This document shows, piece after piece, positions 39,753 through 51,734 of a stretch of 64,000 nucleotides of DNA. This DNA is from Massalongia carnosa (Eukaryota), in assembly GCA_965645245.1 (NCBI GenBank), contig OZ287069.1:372001-436000 (forward strand), in the 5' to 3' direction. The position numbers and the translations under genes were made by a program. The notes beneath the pieces were generated by a model. It saw nothing but the letters and a program-made list of their open reading frames with translations, was not told the origin of the DNA and ran no database searches. Each line of letters opens with the position of its first letter. Within the stretch, counting starts at the first letter, position 1.

Positions 39753-40317
39753 GATATTGATGCTGACTGACTTCAATCGCTATAGTTGTAGATAGTCAGT
39801 TCGGTCAAAGGGGACTGGGGGAAGCGTACAGGCCTGGTTAAGTTGGCGTTAGGCCTCGATGATGTCAAGACCGGTTTTTTCAGCCTCCTCCCACTTCCCC
39901 ACTCTTGTACCCCACGCTGCGTTTCCAACCCCCTCATCTCCAGCGGTTGGTCGTGTGACCACTCAAATCCGCTAGTCGATGCTGAAGACATCTAGATCTT
40001 GACTCGTCCACTTTTTTCTTCTGAAACCTGGAGTTATCTATCGGTAGTCCGTTTCTTTCGGTTACACACTAATACGGCTACCAATGGGATCCCCCGTCCA
40101 TCGAGCCTTGTAAGCGCCTTGCAGGCTCAAATCGGATTGCTAATTGAGCCTCCAACATACACCTCGCACGAACTCCTTGGGAAAGAAATACACTATCGAC
40201 AAAACCCCACTCCTATCGACATCTTGTGTCTTTCTTAAAGCATCTTGCGCGCTAGATAGAATAAAGAGCACATTATTGAAACTCTTAAGACCTCAAAAAT
40301 ACATTGGCTCTGACGCC

Positions 40318-40755
40318 ATGGCTGTGATCAGTCCGTTCGACAATCCTTGCCCGTCGTCCGATTCTTCATCCAATTCAAGTCAGCCTCGTCAACCCCTCCC
40401 CTCTCGCTCCCACCCCGGGCCTCAACCTTCGTTATCTCAGCCGACGGTACCAGTGTATTCTCAAAATTCATTAGCCGAGCATTCGTCGCAACAGCCAGCC
40501 TTGCTGCAGGAACAGCATTGTGTCTGGATGCAGCATCAACAACAGCAGCAACCCTTCCGGTCACAGCGACAATCACAAGAACACCCACGACACATCCAAC
40601 AGCAGAATATATACGGCGGAGGAGCTTCGAAAAGTCAGCTAGAAGGTCCTGATTCAATGAAGTCCGGCCCACCAAGCTTCTGCTTGATGGCAGAGGCTGC
40701 TCGGCGGGCAGAACTTGCGATTTTGATGAGGGATATGGCGGAGGTGGCACTATGA
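40318..40755 (+). CDS. Hypothetical Q/S-rich protein with conserved-looking C-terminal helix (LMAEAARRAELAILMRDM)
   Basis: Intronless ORF with GCCATGG start context. The C-terminal motif resembles a short fungal motif recalled from uncharacterised proteins. Confidence 0.65.
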   Translation: MAVISPFDNPCPSSDSSSNSSQPRQPLPSRSHPGPQPSLSQPTVPVYSQNSLAEHSSQQPALLQEQHCVWMQHQQQQQPFRSQRQSQEHPRHIQQQNIYGGGASKSQLEGPDSMKSGPPSFCLMAEAARRAELAILMRDMAEVAL

Positions 40756-42141
40756 ATCGGTGTTTTTCCTTCGATGGAGGGCATACTTAGACGACGAACG
40801 GGGACGAAAGCTCTGCATGAGGTTGTGGGGTATTCATGTGATGACGGATTCTGCGTCTTTCACTTGGTCAAGCGGCGTTTTTACGGCGAAATCTATGCCA
40901 CAAATCTAGGGCCAAGTCGGGACAAAGCGATGTGGTTTTTGCGATGCATGTTTGCCCAGTTTGAGTGTTTTCTGTCGTATTCCCCCTCGTTCCGTCGGTT
41001 TCTCGCCGCTCGACGTCCACTCAGTCGCAAGGCTTGAGACGGTTAGAGCGCATACACACGATGCTCTCCTGATTACGCTGTGCATCATTCACGAATTCAT
41101 CCTTTGGCCATTGAGTCTCTAATCTGTAGGATTCCTCATTTGAAGACAAGGCATCCGATGGCGGACCACCGGTGTTATTGGAGCACAGCCAATTCTCGAA
41201 GAGCCGGCGTGTTTTTGGTAGCCTTGCATGATATCTTGCCTTACTCCGTAATTGACCAAGCATTGTCATCCATACAACCGAGCATTGTTACAGCGCATTA
41301 TCCAAACAAACTAGCTCATTCCCATCACCGAGTACACTCCATAAGATTCTGCTCACGAGGTCCCACGCGCTATGATGGTTCCTTCCACAGCAACATGATC
41401 GGATCACGGGGAGGGGACCTTAAGACCCCATTGTGGACCTCTTGCCAAGGCTGTCAACTTTTCTTCCCTTTTTTTTACGTTGTGCACATCCAGTACGATA
41501 CAAGGGTGGGACGTTTGTGTAATGAAGTTTAGTCACACCCTCGCACAGAGCCTCATTTATCCAGCCTCTTGCGACTAGTGGCCGACTAGTTAGCTCGATT
41601 CGATGTGACTTGGAGGCGAGTAGTTCTCATGCGATTGGATGATGTTATCATGAGTTAATTCAATACATGTACATACCCTATATTCGATAGCGAAAAAGGA
41701 AGGCATACAAGGAGGACAGGCGTATTTATCCATGTCGGCGGGATGTCGGTGCAGCATGGATTGAAAAACAACATGCAAGTATGTTATACCCTACTTGGTA
41801 GGCTTAAAAAATGAAGCTTTTACAGATTGGAGTGGTCTTGCAAGGCCAGAATTGAGTCCATGTAACACTAAAATACGGCCTCACTATGATTCCGAAAAGG
41901 CTGACAAAGAGCCTCTTAGCTATATGGTATATGGAGGTAGGTGAATATGTGGTCTCGATCATTCAGTGCTCCCTCTAGTGCCTTTTGTCTTCCTCCTCAT
42001 CTCGACCAACATCGTACCGGCGTGAATTCCGGCATCTCCGCGCGGAAAGGAATGCCGAGAAAAGACCTTCGATGCCCTGAAGCGGGAAGGGGATGATTTG
42101 GGCAGCGGTTTGTGGATTGCAGTTGATTGATCGGGGCGAGG

Positions 42142-44258
42142 ATGCCACCGAGCATTGCCATCTTGCCGTTGGAGCTGCTCATAACCGTCGTGTCATTTCT
42201 GAATCTAGAGGATGTTGTAAACTTGAAGATGACGGGGAAGGAATTGTGGCGGATCTTGCACAACGAAAGCATAAGCAAAGAGATAGTCAAGGTGCTTTTC
42301 CCTACCCGCCCGCCGACGATGGTGATCGACAGCGCTAACGCCCCCCAAACGTTGCACAGAGACTCATCGGCCATTCGAAAGAGGGTCGATTAGCCGACCG
42401 TCAGTCGATCAGCTACGTGACAGCTATTCAAAGAACATTCTGCAGAAGGGAAGCGTTCGCGCTAGCCCGACCCTGCTCGGCGCTGATACTGGGAAGGAGT
42501 ACGTCACTCGTGTATCGAGAGGGTGTCTTATGCTATATGGATTGGGGATGGATTCGGATATTAAACGTGCATCAAGCGGCTAGCGTTGAACAGGTGATTG
42601 ACCTCGAGTTGATGGGAAAGCACATTTGGAAAAGGGGAAAGCCCTTGTCTCGTGCTGAGCTCCTTCATTACCAGGATGGCGTGCTCTCCTTCTTGTACCG
42701 CTCGCCGCTGTCGAACGGACAGTACGAGAGCGAGGAAATCTGGCTTGTCGCCATCAACGTACGGGACCACACCCCCGTCCCCAAACGGGTCCGACTGGCC
42801 ATGATGGTGCAGAACGCCAAGTTCTTCGTCCGAAACGATTCGCAATATTTATACGTTGGATCTCATGATGGGATTGGAAGTCACGGGCATCATGAGTGGG
42901 TCTTGCAGGGCTATCGCCTGAGCAACGGCCAACCCATGCCATCGTTGCAGCTGCCTGACCTGTTCGGCACGGATCTGCGTCAGACCTTGGTCTTTGAGGT
43001 CTACGATGGCTTCTTGTATGCAATCTCGAACCAATCATCGTTCGAGGTGGAGGAAATCGATTGGACCTCGTACTACCATTGCCATCGATTTCCTCTGGGC
43101 CACCCGACGTCGGAGTATCTACAGCAGAAGCAAATCTTCCGACGGCAGCATCTGGAAGGCCCCATCAACGACTCGTGGACGGATCTGGGCCTGCACCAAG
43201 ACGAGCGAACCGGAGATCTGCTGATCACGGAATGCCGTCGGGAATGGAAAGATGGGCAGAGTACGCAACGAAGAACGTATTACAGCGAACCCCTCGTATT
43301 CTCAGACCCTCGAGACCCAGACACCCTTATGAGTCCATTGTTCCTTCCCCTTGCCCCCTCTCCATCTGCAACGTCTCCCATGTGCTCTGCTTCACACCCC
43401 CCGGATCACCCCCTGAATAAGCTCATCGGCGAAAAGGACCGACCCCTCTACTCCGAACCCGTCCCGCGCATCCCGCGCAACTACCACCTAGAGCCAAGCA
43501 CCCCCGCGCGATCCTTCATCCTTGCCAAAACCAAATACCATACCTCCATCCCCGCGTCCTCCGCCTTCCTCGATCTCGTCCTCGACGACTACCCTCCCCG
43601 TAACGCCACTCCGCAACTCCTCCCTCCCCGCCACTGGGCCCAACAGCTGCGCCTCCGCCTAGGCTCCCGTGTTCAGGCCTCCCCCATCGACCCGGCCACG
43701 CACCTCCTCCACAAGCCTAGCCCCGCGGAAATCCCCTTGCCAGACAGCGAAGAGCGCTTCAGGGACCGCGACATCACGCTCTGGCCCCCGGCCGACGCGC
43801 CCGCCGAGCTGCTCGACCTGCTGAACCCTGCGTTCGTGCCTGGCGTCTCGAGCAGGGTGGTTGGCGACGTCGTGGCGATTGCGGACGAGCGGTCGCTGGC
43901 GTACATGCCGGCGGCGATGGGACGGCCCGAGGGCGAGACTCGCAACGTGGTGCTGGTAAACTTCGACCCGGGGGTGCGGTTTGAGGGACTGCCGCTACTC
44001 AGAGGGGCGGCGGCGGCGGCGGCAGCGGTGAGGAGCGACGAGGAGGTAAGGGAGGTGGTGATGAGGGACGATAGGGGGAAAGGGATGGATGATGCGGGGG
44101 GCAGTGAAAGGGGGGGTGGGACAGAAGCTGAAAAGGAGGAGGATGATGATGATGATGATGTCGAGGAGGAGAGGGAGAGGAGAGGCTGGTGGTGGGAGGA
44201 GCGGGCGATGCATTTAGTCCTTGGGAAAGGTTTCCGGTTCAAGTGGCCTTTGACCTAG
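42142..44258 (+). CDS. F-box domain protein (2 exons)
   Basis: N-terminal LPLELLITVVSFLNLEDVVNLKMTGKEL. Intron about 42292-42359 joins it in frame to the 613-aa ORF (HGHHEWV, FEVEEIDWTSYY, RRQHLEGPINDSWTDL). Confidence 0.88.
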
Positions 44259-45889
44259 GGGACCAGGGATAGACAATTCCTTTCCTTCATACATATATTA
44301 TTATATTTTGTAGCCGGTTTGGGGGGTCTGGGATTTCCTCGAAAATTTTGTTAAAGAGGAGGGGGAGGGGGGAGGGATACCTATTATATATTAGAAAGAC
44401 AATAGGAGAAGAAGAAGAAGAAGCAAGCAGAATTAAATTGGATTATAGAAGTTGGGCAAAAAAGGGGGGAGAATACTTTACAATATTTTATATATTATAG
44501 TTATAGACAGCCTCGAGGTTCACGTATATATGTGTATGTATGTGCATATATCCCATATATCCCATACACCATATGTATCTATCTATCCACCAAACCTACC
44601 TACCCACTCGCCATCACCCACGTATTCCATCACCATCCCATCACCATCCCCAACCCCGGATGCCTACCTGCTCACCGAACCCACCCAATCATGTATATCT
44701 ATCACATCACGCACATGCATGGATGCATAAATGGATGAACGAACGAATAACTAACTAGCTTTGAGGAGCGGGTCAACAGAGCCGGACTAGCGAGGTTTGG
44801 TCTGGCTGGGGAGAAGAGAGAGGGAGAATTGACGGAAAAGAATGAAAAAGGAGAGTTCGGAAAAACGGAGAGCAAGGGTTTAGTCGGTAAAATCGCTCAT
44901 CCGGGCAAACTGGGCACATGGAAAATGGCGGTGTGGCTGGGTTGGAAGGGGTTGAGAAGGGGTTGATTGAGTGATTGAGATGGGATAGAGGGACGGGGGT
45001 CGTAGAGAGGGTTTTCTTTGTTGGCGGAGCTTTTTCATTTCACTATTGGTCGATTACGGTTGGTCGAATGGACAGGCCGTGGCACGCAAGGGAGCAGGGA
45101 AATCATGCCGGGGTTCTACTACCCCATATTGGGGGGGGGGGGGGGGGGGTGTATTGCGCGGTTGGTTGATTGGCTGGTTGGTTGGTTGAATAAATGGTTG
45201 ATTGGTTGCATATGGTGTTCAGGAGCGTTGGTGATGTTCCGTCAGTCCATCGCTTGCGTTCGCTTTTACCATCAGTTATCAATCAATCGATCAATCTAGA
45301 CAAAAGAGGAGAGGATCTGATTCTTCTTCCTGGATAAGATCATTTTCTCAGTAATAAGAAGACGAAGCCGAACACCTTCTATTTGGATATTCACCCGTCA
45401 AAGTAACTAACATACATTAGCTGTCCCGATTGGGAAATTGAGATATAACCCTGCTGAAGAGGTGAACGCGAGAGAACAATACTGTATGACCAATGCTCCA
45501 CGAGAACCTGGATATTTTTGATTACAACTATCAAAGCGTGAACAGATTAACGTTAAAACCGCTCGCTCTTCCGTGGACTATTGAAGGACATCCATACAAG
45601 AACAGCAAGGCGAAATCGTTTAAGGGCAAGGCCCAAATCCTAGGGAAACACCCTAGAAGACAGCGCTTCCACGTTGCCACACAAATAGAGAACCGCAAGA
45701 TACAACTCAACACTGTAAGAAGAGATTACATACTGATTACTGATAAGGCGATAGCTGATGAATGATAAATGTAGGAAGAAATCAAGGAAACTCCAATAGA
45801 GGTCAATTTATTGCCTAGAAATCCGATAAACATTTTCGAAATGGCCACGCCGTAAGCCAAGAGTCCGAAGCAATATCGGTCCTTTTTTA

Positions 45890-46426
45890 ATGGCTTTCTC
45901 TCGTAGATCAGATATCTTATTCCGCATGCCACAGGAGCTTCGAAATTTAGTGACCCAAAACCTAGATGCAGGAGATCTTCTATCAATGAAATTAACATGT
46001 AAGGAGGTATATCGCAGCACAGATGCACCGAACCTCCTGAATCGGCTCGAATTCAAGATCTTCAACAGGCTCTTCGAGCAAAGAGCCCCAGAGCGGCCAA
46101 TCAGCCTAGCGTGCGTTCATTGCCACCAGCACCTACCGCCAGGAAGTTATTCGGATAGACAAGCTAGAAAATGCCTTAATACTCCTCGTTGCTGTATTAG
46201 ATGCAATATCCGGCGTGGAACCTATAATTGTAAGACATTCCGATACAAAGGCATTTTGTCGTTTGTGTGCGTGACTTGCAAGCAAGTCAAGTCTTTGGCG
46301 ACAGAGGCGGAGGCGACTTCCCTTTGGTCTCTCTCGCCAAAAACCGCACCAACCATCATCAACCACTACTGGCATTGGTGTGGCCTTTGTTTTGCTAGGG
46401 AGTACGTTATTGGCTACGTTGAATAA
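45890..46426 (+). CDS. F-box-like protein with Cys-rich (4x CxxC) putative zinc-binding C-terminus
   Basis: RMPQELRNLVTQNLDAGDLLSMKLTCK followed by CVHC, CIRC, CVTC and CGLC. Confidence 0.75.
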   Translation: MAFSRRSDILFRMPQELRNLVTQNLDAGDLLSMKLTCKEVYRSTDAPNLLNRLEFKIFNRLFEQRAPERPISLACVHCHQHLPPGSYSDRQARKCLNTPRCCIRCNIRRGTYNCKTFRYKGILSFVCVTCKQVKSLATEAEATSLWSLSPKTAPTIINHYWHWCGLCFAREYVIGYVE

Positions 46427-47445
46427 GTAGCACTAGACAGGTACTCAACAAAAGAGATCCGAATCCTAGGTTTTGGCAGATCATGCTGACGATTTAGAGA
46501 TATGAATTGCCTGCGTGCTCGCTGTAGCGCGGGCAACGAAAGCGGGTTGGGCGGTAGCTTAAAGACAGTATCTCCTATAGCAATCTCACCACCCCCTTCC
46601 CCTAGATGGTGTTTCTGAAACTCCACGATGACGTTGAGTACTTCTTGCGTGATCTTGTCAAGTTCGTGAAGATAACCCGGCTCAATGGCAGGTTTCTGAA
46701 GAAATCGTTAAGACAGCGGAAAAGCTTGCCGATTATCACATACCAGCACTGTAGCTTGATTTGGTTTGATTGCTTTCGCTTTATCGTGGGAACCGATCAT
46801 AGCTTCCCAGATATCATCAAAGGCGGGATTTTCATCCTCATATAGAATGGTGAACAAGGGACTGTCCCATCTTGTCATGCCATTTGGTTCTTCAAACCGA
46901 TACACGAGGTTATCGAACACATCCTGGGCATAACCCCCAGCATTTTCTATGTCTTCTAGCAGCAGCGCATTGATTCTTTGACATGTTTCGATGGGCGTTC
47001 CTATATGAATCGTTTGGAATTTCAACTGCCTGTCATTTCATACACAATTTCATTATTACTTACTACACAGCTTGGTGTCTGTACCGCCTTGGCCTCGCAG
47101 TACAGCTGATAACGAAAGCCTTTGATATAATTCAGGCCATCGGCTACGACGATAGTGTCTTTACCCAGGGCCCGCTTGACCGCGGAATACGCCGCGGCTC
47201 TTGCATCTTTTTCTGTCCGAGTTTCTCTATAGACGTCGTGATGCAGACCAAGGGACTGATCGTTGATAAGACATACTGTGAGGCGAGTAATCCGGGGATC
47301 TGAGGAGGAGACAATTCTTGAAGTGAAATCTTTAATGAGTTGTTGGGAACGGTAGGTCTTGCCAGATGAAGGATAGCCTGAGAGCATAATCAGCTACCTC
47401 TATCAGCGTTATTCAATATTCAGATCGCTTGGAACCCACTGGCAT
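46414..47445 (-). CDS. KTI12: Elongator-associated protein Kti12 (4 exons)
   Basis: P-loop SGYPSSGKT, DGLNYIKGFRYQLYCEAK, RFEEPNGMTRWDSPLF, LQRARRQFISLN. Confidence 0.95.
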
Positions 47446-48468
47446 GGCTTGTTGAGTTTCTCGCTGCTGAACAGGGTGCCAGGAAGCCAAGGACAGTTGT
47501 GGTTTTATATTTGGTTTAAGTAAGGTGGTTTGCATATCAGGTTTTCTTCTCCTCTATGCTTCGATGTTGAACGAGGGAGGTAGATTATGTCGTTACATAA
47601 ACACACGCTAAGATCTAACTAATGGGATGATGAGGCGAAGACCCCGGAGGTCGGAGATAGTTAAACCCATGAACCCGTGAACCTACGTCCTGCGTACAAC
47701 TCAACATCCCCAAGTCTCGGTCAGTGGAAAAGGCTATGGAAAGGTTCTCGTTCTTCAACCCATGGACATGGTGGTATTCCATATTTGCTACTAATACTCT
47801 TCGTTCTGACAAACTCACAATGATCCATCAGCCGTCACCTAGGGAGAGGTCCGAGGCATGGAACACAGAATGTCTAGGCTTGCTAGGCTCGCATCTGGCC
47901 GCTTCCTACGCTTCTTCTTCCGGAGTTTTCCTTCTTGCGCCAGGCGCTTGGATGACTTTACCGGCGTTTTTCGGAGCACTTTTGAAGGGCTCTCAATGCC
48001 AGTGTGCGCACACGTCTTCTCTCACCCTTTACCATTGAAAATTTTACATTACATAACCTACAGAAAAAAGCTCATTGTGTGAATGAGGGCCGGCTGCAGC
48101 ACTACACTAGGCCCATTCTCCAGCTTTTTTTTTATTCAGTGTGCATCTTGCTTTCTCAGCGCACCAATGTATAACTACGATACAGCATTATCAATACGGA
48201 TTATCTGACAATTCTTCACGCTGAGTAATGCTTATTTGATCCACCGCCCTTTTTCTCCCAGGGGGTCTTTTAGTTGGTGATATGGTAGCATCCCCCACCA
48301 CCCATGTTCTCTCTCTGACTTTGTTGTTGGATCTGCAGTTCCCCGAAAACTCTCGAAAATTGTTGTCTTTGTTTGCTACAATATGGAGGTGGCAATGACA
48401 CGCTAGTGACCGCATTATCCCATGCAAAAACCTGCAAGTTCTAGACTGCCTGATACCATCGTTCAACT

Positions 48469-49995
48469 ATGATCCCGGCAATTCCAGTCCTAGACGACTA
48501 CGGCATATCCTCAGAGCACGGTTTCCTTCCGATCGAACTTCCCTTAGAAATACTCTCGGATCCCTACTACAACGAATGGGAGATAATAATAGACAATTTT
48601 CAAGCCCTGCTGTTAAGCCGACGGTTACGGGAAGTAATAAAGAGGCTCCCAGTGCTCTCGACAAAGCGGCTGCAGAATCCGGCAGAATGGCGCCGGGCAT
48701 ATGTGTTGCTCTCGTTCCTGACGCATGGATACATTTGGGGCGGAAACAAACCGGAAGAGGTGAGCTCACCTTCACTTGGCCTTTTCTTGAGCTAAGCCGT
48801 TTTGTAGAGAGTGCCAAAACCCCTGTCAATACCCTTTCTCCAAGTATGCGAGCACCTCGAGTTGCCGCCAGTTGCGACATATGCTGGGGTCTGTCTGTGG
48901 AATTTTAAGCGAATTTTTTCCGACGAGCCCATGGATAGTCTGGATAATATCTCTACCCTGATGACCTTCACCGGATCGCTCGACGAGTCTTGGTTCTACT
49001 TAGTATCTGTAGCAATCGAAGCCCGGGGCGCTCCTACAATTCCGTTAATGCTAGGGGCTATTGCAGCAGCCCGCGTCAATGACAGTAGAACAGTAACGGA
49101 ATGCCTACATACGTTTGCCGAAAGGGTAGATGAGTTAGGAACGCTCCTCCAGAGGATGTACGAGAATTGCGACCCTCACGTATTCTACCATCGGATTAGG
49201 CCTTTCCTCGCAGGAGGCAAAAATATGGCCGATGCAGGACTGCCGAATGGGGTCATTTATGAAGACGGTAGCAGTCAAGAGCTATACAGACAGCATGGTG
49301 GCGGAAGCAACGCTCAGAGCTCCTTGATACAGTTCTTCGATATTATCTTGGGCGTGGAGCATCGTCCCACAGGGGACAAACGACATGACGGCTCCGAAAG
49401 CGAACAGGATGGCACCGCCCCACCCTCGCGGCATAACTTCATTCATGACATGCGATCCTACATGCCAGGCCCTCACCGCCGGTTTCTCGAGCATGTTTCC
49501 AACGTCGCCAACATTCGAGAATACGTCGAATCTCACAAATCCAACCGTGCGCTCACCCTCGCCTTCGACGCCTGCCTGGCTATGCTCCGTGCTCTTCGCG
49601 ATAAACATATCCAAATGGTTTCACGCTACATCATTGTCAAATCTCGAGAATCTCGATCTCACTCCCGCTCCTTCAGCCCCACTGCTGCCCTCCCATCCAT
49701 AAACTTGGCCAGCGCTACCTCGAAACTAGACGGCCGACCTGGTAGCAAGAGAATGCGAGGTACTGGCGGGACGGCACTTATACCCTTCTTAAAGCAAGCA
49801 CGCGATGAGACTGGGGAGCCAGCGATTGACGCGTGGGCCCGCCGCATCCTGAGCAATGGCCCCGCGAATGGAGGTGTAAACTATGCCGCTTTAGGTAAGA
49901 TGGGGGAGCACGCCGATGGGGAGAAGGAGATTGTCGGGCTTGCAGGCACGTGGGCAATGGATGACAGCAGTGAGGGTGGGCTGTGCCACTGGTAA
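48469..49995 (+). CDS. BNA2: Indoleamine 2,3-dioxygenase (2 exons)
   Basis: LPPVATYAGVCLWN, TFTGSLDESWFYLVSVAIE, GGSNAQSSLIQFFD, RSYMPGPHRRFL, GTGGTALIPFLKQARDET. Confidence 0.95.
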
Positions 49996-50549
49996 TTTTA
50001 CCCTTGAGATGATGATAGGACATGAGGCCGTTTTTGTATACGTGTGTACCAGTGTGGCAGTTTGCTAGATATCTCGCCATTGGGGTAGAAAGACACGGGG
50101 CGTTCTCAGTGACTAGTTAGAGATTTTAACATTAGATACACTCACCAAATCAACTACTAGAATAATTGCCTTCAACCTCAAAAACTAGGTCAAGATCCGC
50201 CCAGGCCTTCGCCGGAAGCGTCAAGTCACAAGACCTGTATTTACGTTCTGTCCTCTGTATAGAGTTGTAATCGTACCCCATTTTCATACATAATAGGTTC
50301 GATTCCCCGTTAGCGCTGGTGAGGTTGTCCTACCCCTACCCAAGCACAGCAACGTCATATGATACTGCCCCGCTAACGCTAAACCCAATTCAGCAAATAC
50401 GCGTATCGTCCTTGCTTGCCCTTCCTGCCCCTCTATCCCCCAATCCTTCTTCGACATCTCCTTGAACTACAAGACACACCTACACATACTATTCAAACCA
50501 CTATTATCCTCCAAACCAAGTTATCAAGTCCGAAAACATAGTCCTCACT

Positions 50550-51244
50550 ATGGCAGACAAACAATCCTCAACCCTGCAGTCGTACGTCGACTCCGCCGTG
50601 GCGGCGGGGCAATCAGCACTCGGGAGCATCACAGGCAACCCGGTCGACAAGGTATTTTCTACTCTCCAGTATCCTCTCTACATCTTCTGCAACTGACCAC
50701 TAACTCCACCTCAATCACATCTACCTCCCACTCCCTCACCTCTTGAAACCCTCTTCCTCTTGAAACCCTCTTCTTCTTGAAAACCCCCATTAACCCCCCC
50801 ACCTTTTTCTCTCTTCAGGAAAAAGCATCCATCCACGAATCCCGCGCAGCCCACACCGCCGACTCCTCGCACTCTGTTGCCAAGCTCGGTCCCGTTGCCG
50901 TCTCCTCCTCTGGCGGCATTTCCACCGACGACCCGGGCCGCGCCACCGGCGCCTGGAATCAAACCGTCGGCGCGGCGAAAGAAACCATGGGCGGGGCGCT
51001 CGGCGCGCAGGACCTGAAGCGCGAAGGCGAGCGCCAGAACGCCGCGGGCAAGGGCCAGGAGGCCGAGGGCCAGGTGCGCGATTACGGGAAGGGCGTTGGC
51101 GATCGGTTTAAGGGCGGGGTGCAGGGGGCTGTGGCGGGAGTGGTGGGCGATCGCGAGGCCGAGGAGAGGGCGAGGACGAGGCATGATGATGGGAAGACGG
51201 CGCAGAGGAGCGCGGAAATGGATATTTTGGAACAAAATCAGTAA
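50550..51244 (+). CDS. CsbD-like / LEA-type hydrophilic stress protein (2 exons)
   Basis: MADKQSSTLQSYVDSA, GAWNQTVGAAKETMGG, GKGQEAEGQVRDYGKGVGDR; intron 50652-50818. Confidence 0.85.
50740..50788. repeat. 17-bp tandem repeat (CTCTTGAAACCCTCTTC, about 3 copies) inside the CsbD-like intron
   Basis: Directly visible in the sequence. Confidence 0.7.
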
Positions 51245-51734
51245 AGGGGGAGGAGTACTTGGCTGTTGGGTGGAGGGTGATAGTGGGGAACGGGCCTCGA
51301 TGGGACCGATACGGTGAAGTTTTCTGCGAGTGCGTGGTTTCATGATACCATAGATGATGAATCAGAGAGAGCAGCTTGACGGTCTTCTGTACTGGTGGCG
51401 TTTTCCGATAGGCAGATGAGTTGCAGGAAAATACGTGAGAGACGCCTGGTTCACATCAGACTGGCATTTCCATCTTACAGTGTCCTATAGAGTAAAGAAC
51501 AGAGCAAACTCCAAAATCACTTGAGATGTTAATCATATATCCCCGTAAGTAAAACAGAAACAAAACCAAGCGAGAACAAGCTGTTTCTGGAATGAAAGCC
51601 CTACCCATGCATACAAGCCGGTTAAAAAAACCCCTCTATACTAGGCCACGAGCCTAGTGCCTATCCCTCACCACCCCTACCTTTTCTTGCCCCAAAAAAT
51701 GCCCTTTCCCGAATTCACACTCCATGCCTTTCCC

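Noticed and set aside
45131..45149. Long poly-G run (G-quadruplex candidate)
   Set aside because: Similar homopolymers are scattered through low-complexity intergenic DNA here, and the run length is error-prone.
50290..50312. GGTTCGATTCC, a perfect tRNA T-loop/B-box motif
   Set aside because: No T-stem beyond 2 bp, and no acceptor stem, D-arm or A-box upstream. Not a tRNA gene; at most an isolated TFIIIC site.
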